Shown piece by piece: positions 38,031 to 51,251 of a DNA stretch of 64,000 bases. Position 1 is the stretch's first letter, and every line of letters starts with the position of its first letter. The notes under the pieces were generated by a model, which was not told the DNA's origin, did not search any database, and saw only the letters and a program-made list of their open reading frames with translations. A program made the position numbers and the translations under genes. Origin of the DNA: Dimorphilus gyrociliatus (taxonomy: Eukaryota; Animalia; Annelida); NCBI GenBank assembly GCA_904063045.1, contig CAJFCJ010000005.1, positions 1,937,988-2,001,987 of the forward strand, in the 5' to 3' direction.

Positions 38031-38973
38031 ATAGCGAAATTTTAATTGAATCTAAATGGATTGAGAATTTAAAACAAAGTATAAAAATGTACATTTCCGG
38101 TTTGAGATACCAAAAGCCTATAGAAATGGCAGAGGTCAACATTTAGGTAGAAATGAAGAAGCTTTTTATTCAAAACGAAAAAAGAAGAGAACATAATAAA
38201 AAAAATTATTATCTTTATTACTATTAAAATTATCGAAACTACTAACGCCATCTACCAGGGATTTCCCCCCAAAATTCTATATAACTTACCCCATCTTGCA
38301 ACCTTAAAGGGTGTTTCTATATAAATTTTAGCTGTGTGTTTAGTTAGCTTAAGATACGCTCTATTCTCTTATAGGTAATATAGTAAACATAACGAACATT
38401 TACCGTATACAAGACTGTTACTATACACCTATAAGGATAACGCATGTAGAGACTGACCGTTAAAATCAATAGTCAATTGCTCGATGACAGGTTTCTATTT
38501 GGAAAGTAGGTCAATTTAGTTTTTGAGGAGAATGTGTCACTTTTCGCGTTAATTGTCCTTGACTTTTTTTTTAGTTTTTTATGTATTTGATAGGATTTTG
38601 AATAAAAAGATCAGAGAGAGAGACAGAGAGAGAAAGAGAGAGAGAGACAATTTTATTATCTCAATATATGAAACCTTTACTTTTTTTCATATTTATCAGT
38701 AAGAGTATAATCTAAATATTTCTGTAAAGAGTACTTTATTATTTAGGAATTTAAGAACAAAGTCGGTAAATTTTTTTTTATTTACAAGTTTAAACACGCA
38801 AAAACAACAACAACGAAAAAAACAGAGTGTAATTAATAAAGAATTAATTAGATTTAATTAAGTAACAAATGATCAAACTATATCGGTATGATTTTAACAA
38901 TATATAATTAAGATTATAACACATACATGCTCGTATTTTGAATTGTTAAGAGAAATTGCTAATTAAGAAGTTC

Positions 38974-39042
38974 TTGATACACAAATCGACTATAAACGGA
39001 CCGCCTATATCCGATAAAAAGGCTATTAAGTTGTAAACAGAC
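38974..39042 (+). repeat. Copy 2 of the ~70-bp dispersed direct repeat
   Basis: TTGATACACAAATC...ACCGCC...ATCCGATAAAAAG...AAGTTGTAAAC is shared with 34952-35022. Confidence 0.8.
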
Positions 39043-40774
39043 CTAATTTTGGTCTCCCAATACGAAGTATTAAATTAAAAAAGAAGAAAGTTTGGTTAAG
39101 TTGATACTTTCCAGCTTGAAAAGTACGCGATTTGGAGGGATATCATCAAGATAAACTAAATAGAATGATAAATTGTGTTTTTACGAGTGTTTCCGTAAAG
39201 ATTAAGGATACCATTCTACGTTTTGCTGTTGAACTTGTAAAATCTATAAATAGATTTTGAACCATGTGAAATGTTTCACCTAGAATATATTTCTAGTTTT
39301 TGTTTTTTTTATTCGTTTATTATAGCTATAATTTAGAAAATAGTAGTAAAGGAATTACTGAGATTTAACCGAACCTGATTCTCAAATAGTAGAGAATATT
39401 TACCTCCCTTTCCATTTTTAAAGGGAGAGTTTTATTGTTGTTATCTTTCTCTCTCTCTCTCTCTCTCTCTCCCTTCCCTCCCTTCCCCAGCTTATTGTAC
39501 AGTAGAATTTATAAACAGCAGATTTGTTTTTTACCGTTTGATTGATAAAGATAAAAGAAGATTACTTTGCATTGAAAATTAACTATAGTATTATTTGATT
39601 AATGATAAACTTGTCTTATTCTGTTAGTTAATTATAATTTCTATTTAATAAAATACTTAAAAAGGTATTCAATAATTTTGAATTTGTATATTACTTTACT
39701 TAGATTAGATCTATTAACTAGCAGTAAAGAGTGTACAAAATTTTTATTCGACTTTTATAAGGAGTATTGTATTTTTTCCAATCTATATAGTATTTGAATA
39801 AGGTTTAACCTTTATCTTTATTTGTTGTGAACATATAGCATGATTAGTGTTTATTGCATTTTTGATTATTCTACTTATCGGATAGTATTGATTAACAAAT
39901 ACATAAAAGAAATTTCTCTCATTAGAATTGAGTTTTATGATTTATTATTGTCTTTTAAATATTCCATTTCTATCAATATTTAATAAACTCAACTTGTAGT
40001 TAATTTAAGTTACAGTGTAACAAATAAAATATCTGTTTTTGGTTATTATTTGATAAGATAGATATAGAGTATTCTTCTAATTATCTTTCTATCTATCTTT
40101 TTTTTCTTTTTTCGTTCTTTTGTTAAGCATTCTCTCTTTCTCTCTCACGCTTAAGTGGGAATAGTTTAACTAGGATTAACCTTTATCACTGTTTTGTTTA
40201 TTTGTTCCATACATACAAGCTTGAATGCTGTTTATTGTATTTTTCCTATTGATTCAACTTATCAGTGATCATTGAATAATAAATAAAAGTTTCAGACAAT
40301 TTCTAATTCTTACCATTAATTGTAATATATATTTTATATAATTTATATTGTTTATTAACAATAGACAAACCCATCTTATCGGTCAACGGATAGCTGCTAT
40401 AGATCTCTCATTGATTATTACTCAACCAGTACAAGTTTTCATATCAGTTGATAAAACTAAAAGATATAGTCTGTATAATCATTCGACTCCTGTTTATTGA
40501 TAAACTGCGTTGTTGTCTTTTGGGTTATAAAATTAAAGAATAATATATCTTTATATATCTTTTATTATTAATAAACGTTTTTAGGAAATCAGTTTAATCT
40601 CTTTATATAACCAGTAATAATAATATACTTATGAATATTAATGAGTAATTTTTAGAGTTTTCTATTTATTTATAGCGTTGAAGAGGGGAAAAAATCATTT
40701 GAAGATTTTAATGAAAAATTCTTATCATTTTAATTTCTTTTTTTTTTAATATATTAAAACATATTTATCTCTCT

Positions 40775-40806
<32 letters not shown>

Positions 40807-41094
40807 TGTTCTGCTGCTAGTTCTCTCTTTTTTTCCCACTATTAACTAGGTTACTGTTTTAATTTTTCATAAAAATAACGAAACATTGAACTTTGAACAA
40901 TAAAATAAGAAATTCTGTTTTTTTTCTTTTTCTTTTGATAATTCGGAATAATTAAATATTAAGAATATAGGCTGAAATATTGATAAGTAAACAATTTTAT
41001 GTATTAAGCTTGTTCGTACCCATTTATCTATTAATGTACGTTTGTTCTCTTAATTTTAAAGTTATAAGAGTGTTTAATAAGAATAAATAATACA

Positions 41095-42869
41095 TTATGA
41101 ATCTGCGTTATCCGATGGCTTCACTTTAAGTATATTGGCTTTCTGTCTGCTATAATATCGTTTACATATTATCATTGTATTTAACAAAAGCCAATCAGCA
41201 ATTTCAATAAATGTAATTATAGTAGATCCAAGAAATAATCCAAATGCACCTAGTAAAAGATAATTTATGGTATTAAAAGAATGTATCAGATGTACAGGTA
41301 AAAAAATATACCTCCAATATCTGAAAATAGCGCAAGAATGGGATAGGCTTTCTTAATTTCAATTTTCTGATATTCTAAACTGGAAAAATGTATATTCAAA
41401 GAAACAATATTGTCTTCAACTTCTTTTACAGTCATGCCTGTTGAAGTCGCCATTATATTTTTATCAATTTTAGAGAATCGAGAAGATGATAGGCTTTTTT
41501 TAAATATATATATATAGATATATTAAATCAAATTATTCAAAGTTAATTAATTAATTATGCTAACCTATAATCGTAATTTAAATCGTGACATTGAGATTTA
41601 CAAGAACATTTAGATTGTTGATTTGTTAGGTAGTATTCTTGCATTTTTGGTAATGCACAAACAGACACTCTCAAAGGATCGCAAACAGTAGACTCTGCAG
41701 AATACCATAAAGGTACGCATTTACAAGATTTCACAATGAATTTCGCTTTACATTGCTCAATACAGGCGTCATAACGATAATTCTTGCTATCGTTACATTC
41801 TCCATAAGGTTGCGGTAATCTAATAAACTGAGGAGAAATAAAGTATAGAACTATTCAAACAAGCTGTTCTTCAACCAAATTTTCATTACTTTGTTTAATT
41901 TAATAGAGACTGATGTAAGTGCTCCAACACCGATAATAAAACCGAACACATCTACATCCGGTTTAGCAAGTTCATCGTGCAGCAATATCTGTTTTTTAAT
42001 AAATGTAATAGAATCTGTTTTAATTAAAAGCAGAAAAGAAACAATTACTCTATAGCCAACACTATTCCAACTTGTGAATAGGTAATTCTTCTCATCAGCG
42101 TATAATTTTATATTAAAGCCAAATTTAAGACCAGGTTCATTAACCATATAACCTTGTGTTTTCGTATTGAATTGAAAACATTTTCCAGCTGATGTTTGCA
42201 CAATTGTAAAATCACTTGCACTGCATGGTTTGCCGCTAAATGAACACTGTGGAAGAGAGAGAGAGAAGAGGAAGAATGTAAAGTTCAAAGTTTAGTAAAT
42301 TAGTAAAAAAAAGAAAATACTAAACAGTTATTATTTGACGTGCAACATCCATTGACAGATAATCGTGTATTTCGTTCAAATTAACATTTGGATTCTCCTT
42401 AAAAGCTTTCTCTACGAATGAAAAATTTGGATTCTCTGAATTTAATTCTCTCACTATATCTGTAATACCTAAAAACAAATATATTGTTTCATATTAACTA
42501 TTACTGCTTTTTATTAATGTGCACTAGCTTACCAAACTCTTTAGTTCTTGTAAGATTTATATAATTTGAATTGCATATAGTAATGGTGGGAAAACGAAGA
42601 GTTTCATTTCTAATAAAGCTAATGTCAACTCTTGTTGGTCGACTTTTGTAATACGCAAATCTAGATTGTATTTGGAAAAGGAGAAAACCAAAGCTTAAGA
42701 TAATTAATATAAACCAGAATATTCTTCTTGAAATATGTACACCAGGTTTTATAACGTAACGAATTCCTTCTATAGATATTTCCGAAAAGAAATTCTTCCA
42801 GTCTAAAAAGCTAATTGCGGATCGGTCGGTACCGAAATTATTTTCACCATTTGTTCGTTGGCTATCCAT
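41095..42869 (-). CDS. DEG/ENaC/ASIC-family channel subunit, paralog 1
   Basis: Seven in-phase exons. TM1 region RRIFWFILI, FPTITICNSN, CSFSGKPC...GKCFQFN, PQPYGEC, thumb Cys ladder, YPILALFSDIGG|AFGLFLGSTIITFIE (TM2). Stop at 41095-41097. Confidence 0.92.
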
Positions 42870-43341
42870 TGCTAGATGATGTCTTATTTTACAAAGGAGC
42901 CATTTATTTTATTAATCAATAGCTTATCCATTAACCAAGACTTTTCTTTTTATTGTTTAAAGATTTTTTCCCCAAAGCTTTTAGATTCGACCTTACTTCA
43001 ATTCCTGTAATTGTTTACTTTCTAATTATTACATATAAAGGCATTGGCTATAAATTTGTAAAAAAAAAAAAAGACTGAAATTACTTATAATAGATTGGAA
43101 TTCAGGTCAACATTTCCCCCCTTTTATCTTCTTCTTTATCATTATTATTAATGATGTAAGCACGTGCCTATTATTTTTTGCTTATTAGTGGCTGATTATT
43201 AAGACAGGAAAGATATTTACAAATTAAGCGTTTATTAACCTTTAAACAGGTGAATACATGTTTCATTCATTATAATTCAAGTTGTTATTAATTTTAAGTA
43301 TTCATCAATAAGAAAGTCTGCTTTTTCATTAACCTATGGCA

Positions 43342-45809
43342 CTATTTGGTATTCTTTTCAGTGATGATTGGTTCCACCTTTGTAACAGAGACCTTCTTTT
43401 CAAGAAATTTCTTATGAAAGTAGGAAAAAAGCGATACCAGAAGCCAATCGCCAAGTTCAAAGAAAGTTAAAGCTGTTGATCCTAACAATAGACCAAAAGC
43501 CCCTGGAAAACAATTAAATTTTATAATATTAATATTTACTAACGCCATCTATAAGATTTTCGAAAACAAACCTCCTACATCTGCTAAAAGTGCAAGGATA
43601 CTGTAAGCTGGTTTTACTGTAGTTTCTTTATATTCCAACGTATGATAATATAGATTCAATACCAAAATATTTGTTTCAATATCGTTCTCTGTTAGCTCTT
43701 TAAACTTTTTAATAGTCAAATCTGAGAGTCTTGATGTTGATAGACTGAAAGAGAATAGCTCTTACGTTATTCAACTAGTTAATTAGGCTAATTAAAATAA
43801 AATTTTATTAATTTACCTATAAGTAAATTTCGTTTCAGAGCATTGACGTCTACAGTTACAACGCGATTGTTGATTTGAGACAAAGTACTCTGTCGTTCTT
43901 GGGTATATGCATGCGATTATTTCAACAGGGTTGCATAGTCTACTTGTCCCTATTTTAAGTATTTAAATAAACTTAAAAACTATAAATAACTTTAATTTAA
44001 ACAAGGATCAATCAAATAGAAAACGGAACAATCCAATTATTTTATGCCTACTCCAATAAACCATTACTGCGGTGACCTCTGTCATTCAATGCATCAAAGA
44101 GGAGATATCTAGAAGAAGTGTCTTATACCTTTTGTACAGTTGAGAGAAGTGTATGGACTTGAATAACGTGATAGAATAGAAACATTCGAAAAATGAAGAA
44201 ACACAGCTCCGTTGTGAAAAAGCTAAAGGACTAGGACCTGCACTCTTTAAAGTTTTGTCTAATTGAAAGGATATAAAAGAGTAAATTAGGGAGAACAACA
44301 GAAGTAATTTGAAGAGCTTAGGGAGATTTTTGATATCAGCTTTAGTACAATTTAAAATATCATCAATAAATTATTGGGATTTCATTAGAAATATTTGCTA
44401 AATGAGTTCTCAGAACCCGAGCAACTGACATGAAAATTAAAAGAATGACTGCAATATAGCCAACCAATAGAGATCTTTTCTGAAGGAAGGAAATATGTAC
44501 TACGAGGTAGAGAGATTATCATTGAAGAACAGTATAAAAAAACGCACAAGAATGACATTGTTACATCTAAAATCAAGTAGTTCCGTTTTCATTTGTTTGC
44601 CTGTTACATACTAAATATATATTGCAAACCTTTGAAGTATATTGGTCGACATTTACATTTCTCGAAAAAATAATCCCTCTTACAATTACTAATACACTGG
44701 TCGTATCGATAATTGGGGTTGTCTTCGCAATCTCCATATGGTGCGGGTAATCTGACAAACTAAAAATTTATTGTTAAATTAAAAATTAATGAAAATAACA
44801 ATTATTAAGTTTTTTAGACTACTTTACCTCATTTTTCTCAAAGCCAACTAGTACTGATTCTCCCGCACCAGCATTGAAACCGCTCGTATCCATTAGTGGA
44901 ATAGCATCTGGCTCGTGTAGTAGGATCTTGATGAGAGTAGAGTTAAAAAAATATAATATTCAATATGTTATCTTTTGTACAAGATACATACTCTATAACC
45001 GGCGTTAACGGATGAAGTTAAAAAATAATTTGGTTGATCGGTATTTAATACCAACTCCAAACCAAAATTAATTCCAGGCTGTGTTACAGAAAAATTAAAC
45101 TTCATTGAATTGAACTGCAGGCATCTTCCGCTAACGGTTTCAGCGAGTGTAAAATCTTTAAGCGAACAAGGAATACCAGAATATTTACACTAAAACCGTA
45201 TTGAATTAAATAGCATCTTATTAATAATATCTCTCTATTCCTATTATAATTATTATATTTACTTGTAATATTTCACTACTGGCGTTATTTAGTATTATAT
45301 CGAAGATAGTACTCAATCTACTAGGAGGAAATTTCTTGAAAAAGCTTTCAATAAATGTTTTATTGGGAGTTTTAGAATTAATTTCAAGCATTAATTTCTC
45401 CATACCTTTAAATAGACAAGAGAAAAATCGATTATTATCATTAATATCTTTTGAAAATTTACAATATACCGTGCTGTTTAACTTTGGTATGATTTACATA
45501 ATTTGAATTACACAACGTAACAGTTGGAAAACGTAAATTTGATTTTATACTATAGTTTATATCGACTGAGGTTGGTCTACTTAAAAAATATGAAAATCTT
45601 GCTTGAATTTGAAATATCATAAAACCAAGTCCAAATAGAACTAATGTTATCCATATTATCCTTCTAAAAATACTAATTCCTGGTTTAACAACGTATCTTA
45701 CTCCTTCAATAGATAGTTCACTAAAGAAAGATCTCCATTGTGAATTTGAGACATACTCTCCCAAGTCCGTATCTTCCAAATTGCCAATATCTTTTAGATG
45801 TGAAACCAT
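43342..45809 (-). CDS. DEG/ENaC/ASIC-family channel subunit, paralog 2 (tandem duplicate)
   Basis: Eight in-phase exons. FPTVTLCNSN, CKYSGIPC...GRCLQFN, PAPYGDC, YSILALLADVGG|AFGLLLGSTALTFFE. Same orientation and largely the same intron positions as paralog 1, plus a 680-nt intron at 44629-43950. Confidence 0.92.
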
Positions 45810-46384
45810 AATTTCCTTTAACTAACAGCGAAAAGTTCACTGACAAACCCTTTAATAGTCTTATCCGTTATGATGAATGCCTTCTGATTAATTATATGTT
45901 AGCTTTGGAATTTAATGTTTTTAGCTAAACTTTTTCTCTATTATAGTACAATTCCATTCGCGTCACTTAATAATATTGTTTACTACTTCGATAAACGACT
46001 AATGAATTATATTAGTCAATATTGCAAAAAAATACTTTTGTGTTCCCTTAAATGTATCGTTTATAAATAATTAGATTCTAATAAAAGGGATAAAACGCTG
46101 TATGTTATAGTTTTATTGTTTGTCTTAAGCGATGTCAATATGATAGGCTTGGTAGGAAAAAGACAGACGTTTTTTATGTTTTTCAAGTCTTGTTTACACA
46201 GAATATTGGTGTTTACTAATTAAAGAACAATAAAATTGACGTTCCCATTACCTTTTAGTTTGAAATAGGCTTAAATAATTAAAATCATATTTTACTATTT
46301 CATATATACAAATTCAGTTCTTTAAATTGTTCTATTCTCCCATTGAAATGTTCTAAAGGTTTTGAAAACTATAAGTTTTATTCT

Positions 46385-46909
46385 TTATGGAGCTAAATGG
46401 GGCCATAAAAGGGCATTATTTTTTGTTTCAATTGTAGATTTTCCACTTTCAACAGATGAATTTATTAAATTTAATCTTGTTTCATCCCGATTCTCTTTTA
46501 TTTTTAAACCTTGTTTTATCATTGAATCGAATTCTATGTAATTAATAAATAATATATATATATATATATATATACGTATCTATATACAGATAAAAACAAT
46601 ATAGCATGACCTTCAAAACTTATTCGACCATCGTTGTTTTCATCGGCAGCAGCCATCATATTTTTTATTTCAGTATCATTTAAATTTTCTCCCAATGATT
46701 GCATCACTTCCTTTAATTCTCTTAAAGAAATATACCTGTTGTTTGTTTTTGTGTTTTTTGAATTGTTTGTCAACATATAATTATTTTATTAAAATTTATA
46801 ACCCATCATTATTTTTATCAAAAGCCTTAAAAGCACCAATAATGGCCAATTCATCAAGAGCAGGAGCTTTGCCTTTCTTCCTTAGTAGTAATTTTTTAGC
46901 GTCAGTCAT
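46385..46909 (-). CDS. Small calmodulin-like protein with one EF-hand pair (single lobe) and an extended C-tail
   Basis: Three in-phase exons. IIGAFKAFDKNNDG|YISLRELKEVMQSLGENLNDTEIKNMMAAADENNDGRISFE|EFDSMIK contains two canonical 12-residue EF loops resembling the calmodulin C-lobe. Confidence 0.82.
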
Positions 46910-49900
46910 TATGTTGTTTTTTTTTTTTGCAGTTAATTTGTTATTCTTTTTAAATTATTGGCTTATAGAATGATGATGAAACATATTTTCCCTCCTCCCT
47001 CCCCTTGCCTATATACAACTATAAATATAATAATAATCTGATAAATCATATTTATACGGTAGATGGCGCAATGCGACATACTTTTTTGTTTTAAAAATGA
47101 AAAGGAAGATAGGAGAATATGCGTGAGAGATATGGCTGAGATATAGAACAAAAATGGCAGAATACAATCGACTGTTAATAAAAAAGTCAACTTAAATCGT
47201 ATAACTTTGATTGAAAAGGAACAAACATTGCAAAACAAAGAATTTAAATTATATAAAGAATATAACGATCTAACTAATTACAGATGACCAGCCTTTTTTT
47301 AGCATCCTTTGATTCTTGCATTTACTTTACTAAAAGGTTTTACAACAGGTATAAAAGATGATTATCGAGTGATTTACAATTAGTGAATACGAAGTAAACA
47401 TTCTGTAATGTTGGAAAGAGGAAAGATCGTATAACTGAAGACAAATTAAAGGGACGTATGGATAAAAAGTAATCAATCGAATCGTTCACTATTTGTTAAT
47501 ATTTTAAGAAATAGAAGAGAACAAACTGTCTCATTATGACGTCTATATTTTCCAGTATATTCTACGATCTTTAATGCATTCCATATAAAAGTTCACTTTT
47601 ATATATGTATAGTATTATTTATGCAAATATCGTTTATTTATATATAGAAATAAGTAGCTAATTTCGTTCCATACATTATATTCTAAATATAGATGAAATT
47701 ATTGAAAATTGAGCATAAATAGAAAGGGTAAAACAAGAATTTTTAGGTCGATTTTAAGACATTCTACCTTGACCTTTAGTTAGTTTAATATTGCGCAATT
47801 ATTCCATGTAGCGTCATATCCTAATCCTCGAATGTATTAAAAAAAATCTCTAAACGATCTCTTTGTGAACTTAGAGGAATGGTACGTGATCGTATCATGA
47901 ACCCATCCGGATCCATTACCACTGTAGTTACTCATTAAGCATTCGATTGAATACTTTAGTAAAGTATCTTTTTTTTTTACGATTACGAGGGAATTGGCGA
48001 GGAATTTCAACAATTCTCTCTTTTTTTATCTTTTTCCCCTCCTAGTAAAGTTACACACAAATCCTTATGGAAATCTTGATAAAATGACTGACAAACAATT
48101 TGTTAAATGTATTTTATTTGCTATAGGCTGAAAAATCTATTGATATATACTGTATATGATTTTTTTTTTATTAAAGCTTATCTAATAACTCTTATAAATT
48201 TAGGATGAAATAGAATTGACAAGGTCTGCTTTTTATTTATAAATAATGCAATAGAATTAAATAAAGTCTACAAAGAGTACTAAGTTTTTATAGACTAGAT
48301 ATATGTAAATTGATACAATACATATACTTTCACCTTATACTTTCTTTCGTTGTAAGCATCTTTTGAAGTCTGTTAAAAATATATAGAGACGATTTTTCTT
48401 CTGCTATCGCATTTCTCTTTATAAAATTTTGACCTACTATTAATTCTTTATTGTTTTTAGTTTCAAAGTGGTTTCCTTTTCAAATTTAAACGTTGACTGT
48501 GAATTTTTTGTTGCTTTCTTTGCAATTCACTATTCATTTATGCTTCATTTCATTAACAAATTAGCCTAATTAGGTATTACATTAGTCTATTTAGACGAAA
48601 ACATAATAGGTCTTTTACTTTTTGTTGAATAGCAGCTGTAATCACCATCACAACACTATTGGTAAATCAGACTCGATCGGCCTATATTCATTCAAAGGTG
48701 AACGCCCTTTATCTATACAAATTCTTTGCAAAATACGACTATACAAGTAACTAGATAAGTTTCGTATGTGGTTGGCTATTTGTTTTTTTTTTCTTTTTTG
48801 CAGATTTTTTGAGAGAGAGATAGAAAGAGAGAGAGAGAGAGAGAGAGGAGGAGGAGGAGGGGAAGGAGACAAAGAGGAAGAGAACAAAGATATATGCAAA
48901 ATTTTCAGTCTTGAGTGTATAATTATATATTGCATGGAAAGTTAAATTTCAATAAGTCAAGGGTGCTTTATATAAATATTTTGATCATTCTATTCTCTCA
49001 TTTCTTTCTCCCTCCTCCCCCCCAACTCATTTTGATTATTTCTTCTCTCAGCATGATACATTATCATATCTCTTTTTAAAAAAGATATAATATGAACTAG
49101 TTGCAGTACAATTTATAGTTTGGCTGAATAATAGTAAGAATGAAAAATTACACTTCCACATCACCTTTGGGCGTTACTTAACTTTTCCTTTTTACAAATT
49201 GTCATACTTTTTTATACTAATTCGCTGTCCTTTTGCCTTTCTCATTTCCTTCATTATTTATAAATCTTAGTATAAATAATTGAGTTAATAGCTTTATATG
49301 TAGTATTTAATGAGCAGAATACGATGGATTAGGACACTTCAATCCGTTTCCTATTAATTCATTACTTACCTAATTAGATTAAAGATATTTTTTACTGAGA
49401 ATGTAAAATATAGAAACAGGATGAGAGGTCTAATTAAAGGTGAATAAATCCAAGACAGAAATATCGGTAGAGAAGCGATCAAGACGATCTCTATATCTCT
49501 TACATCTTAGTTTCGTTCCTTTTTTTTAGCGTTAAGACGATCAAAACAATCCTTACGAAGGTACTATAAAATTACAGCAAACGTAGAATTTTGCTATCAG
49601 ATAATAAGAGGTGAAGAAATAACTACAATTTCTCTCTTTTTTTCCAGAAAAAAGTCAATAAATTTCTCTTCCATTCTCTTCCTAGTTCTATACGCTCTTT
49701 TTCTTTTCCTCTTCCCCTCTCACTCTCTTTTTATATTTTAATGTAATTTCGTTGTTATTATCTGTTACAAGTAATTAGAGCTGTTTTGTTTTCCTTTTTT
49801 AAAGACTCTTCTAATTGTGAACGTATTCCTTCCTTTCGCATTCTTTTCATTAAGAAATGAGGGACGAAAACAAATTTACAATTAAATAGTAATAGAATAA

Positions 49901-51018
49901 CATTAATAATTGAAACCAACCGCTAAACTCCATGAGAACGTATTTATTGCATTAAGTGGATTTTTGGGGGAAGCATCAAACTGGAGAAAATTACCCGGGG
50001 TATTCTAAATTACGGTTAGGACGGTGAATAATGAAAAAGAAATAAAAAGGACATGTGTAAGAAAAAAAAACGAAATGGTTGGAGGGAATATAGGTCTAAC
50101 ACTTTTTTCATTCAGAATCTGTTCCCGTAGGTAAGTAACGGAAGATGGCGTGATTATCTGCGTATTGTTCGATTAAGAAGAGGACTGGAAAGTTGAAAGA
50201 GGAAATTTTGTGAAAGTGGAAGGGAACCACAGTAAAGTGGAGTATTATAGGATAAGATAAAATAAAAAGAGAAAAGGTAAAGACAGAATAGTAGATTAGA
50301 GAACTTGGTAGAAGGGTTTGACTTAAGGGGTTGGTTGGGGTGAAAAAGTTTTTCTAATGAAAATAGCTGTAATAAATGTAAAAGGAAATTCGAAACGTGC
50401 TGCCTAGAATTGGAAATCGAACGGATAAAAATAGTTAAAGGGAGTTTAACAAAATAGGAAAAGTAAATAGAAAGTGGTTCCAATAGGAAAAGAGATACTA
50501 TTAATTCATACTGAATGAGGGAGGTGAGAAAGAAAGCGTTGTAGGCAGAGTTAAATTGTTTTGGGCGGATAAGCGACCGCTTCTCTTCAAATAAGGGTTA
50601 TTACGCCACGATAATACGCTTAGCCAGTCGACCCCTTAAGTCACGGTTTCTTCTACTCCGTTACATCATTAGGAAAACGGCGTCTACTTTTCTAGCCTCG
50701 CCTTAGAAAACAACTATATTTTTTATACGATAAAAATATATTACTGAATGTGTAAAATAGAACGTCGAAAGATAAACAATACAGATTTTTCAACCGTGTT
50801 CGCGGAAACGAGCAACGACAGCCCGTCTAATGACTGTCGATAGTCTATTGCCTTGTTAAATTATTTAGGTGAATGCTAAAATCCTGGGTCGTAAATTAAT
50901 ATATTTATTACAAGAAATCCAAAACAATTATAGGCCTAAAGAACGATACTGAGACTGCTTTAGCTGTGTATGTTGTAGGCTGATGCAGATCTAGTTAGAG
51001 AGTATGCGTATAAATATA

Positions 51019-51021
<3 letters not shown>

Positions 51022-51080
<59 letters not shown>
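51022..51080. repeat. (GT)n/(CA)n microsatellite upstream of the sHSP-domain gene
   Basis: About 58 nt of pure GT repeat; source of the HTHTHT ORFs. Confidence 0.95.
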
Positions 51081-51084
<4 letters not shown>

Positions 51085-51251
51085 TGTGCGAGTATATGTA
51101 TGTATTAGAGATAGAGAGAGAACGGGGGGGGGGGGAGAGGGGAAAGCAAAAGAGAGTGTGAGTGAGTGAGTGAGTGAGAGAGAGAGAGGTATCTGGAGCT
51201 CGTGCACGAAAATAGAACGATGCAGTTCGTGCTGGTAGAGATGGAAAAAAC

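Noticed and set aside
40370-40520. Faint GIY-YIG-like peptide (NAVYQ...NDYTDYI) on the minus strand
   Set aside because: It needs a frameshift, lacks the key Cys/Gly residues and is indistinguishable from chance.
43950-44629. Intron present in DEG/ENaC paralog 2 but not paralog 1, suggesting TE-mediated intron gain
   Set aside because: The position (after the thumb C-x-C...G, phase 1) corresponds to an intron I recall in vertebrate ASIC genes, so loss in paralog 1 is more parsimonious.
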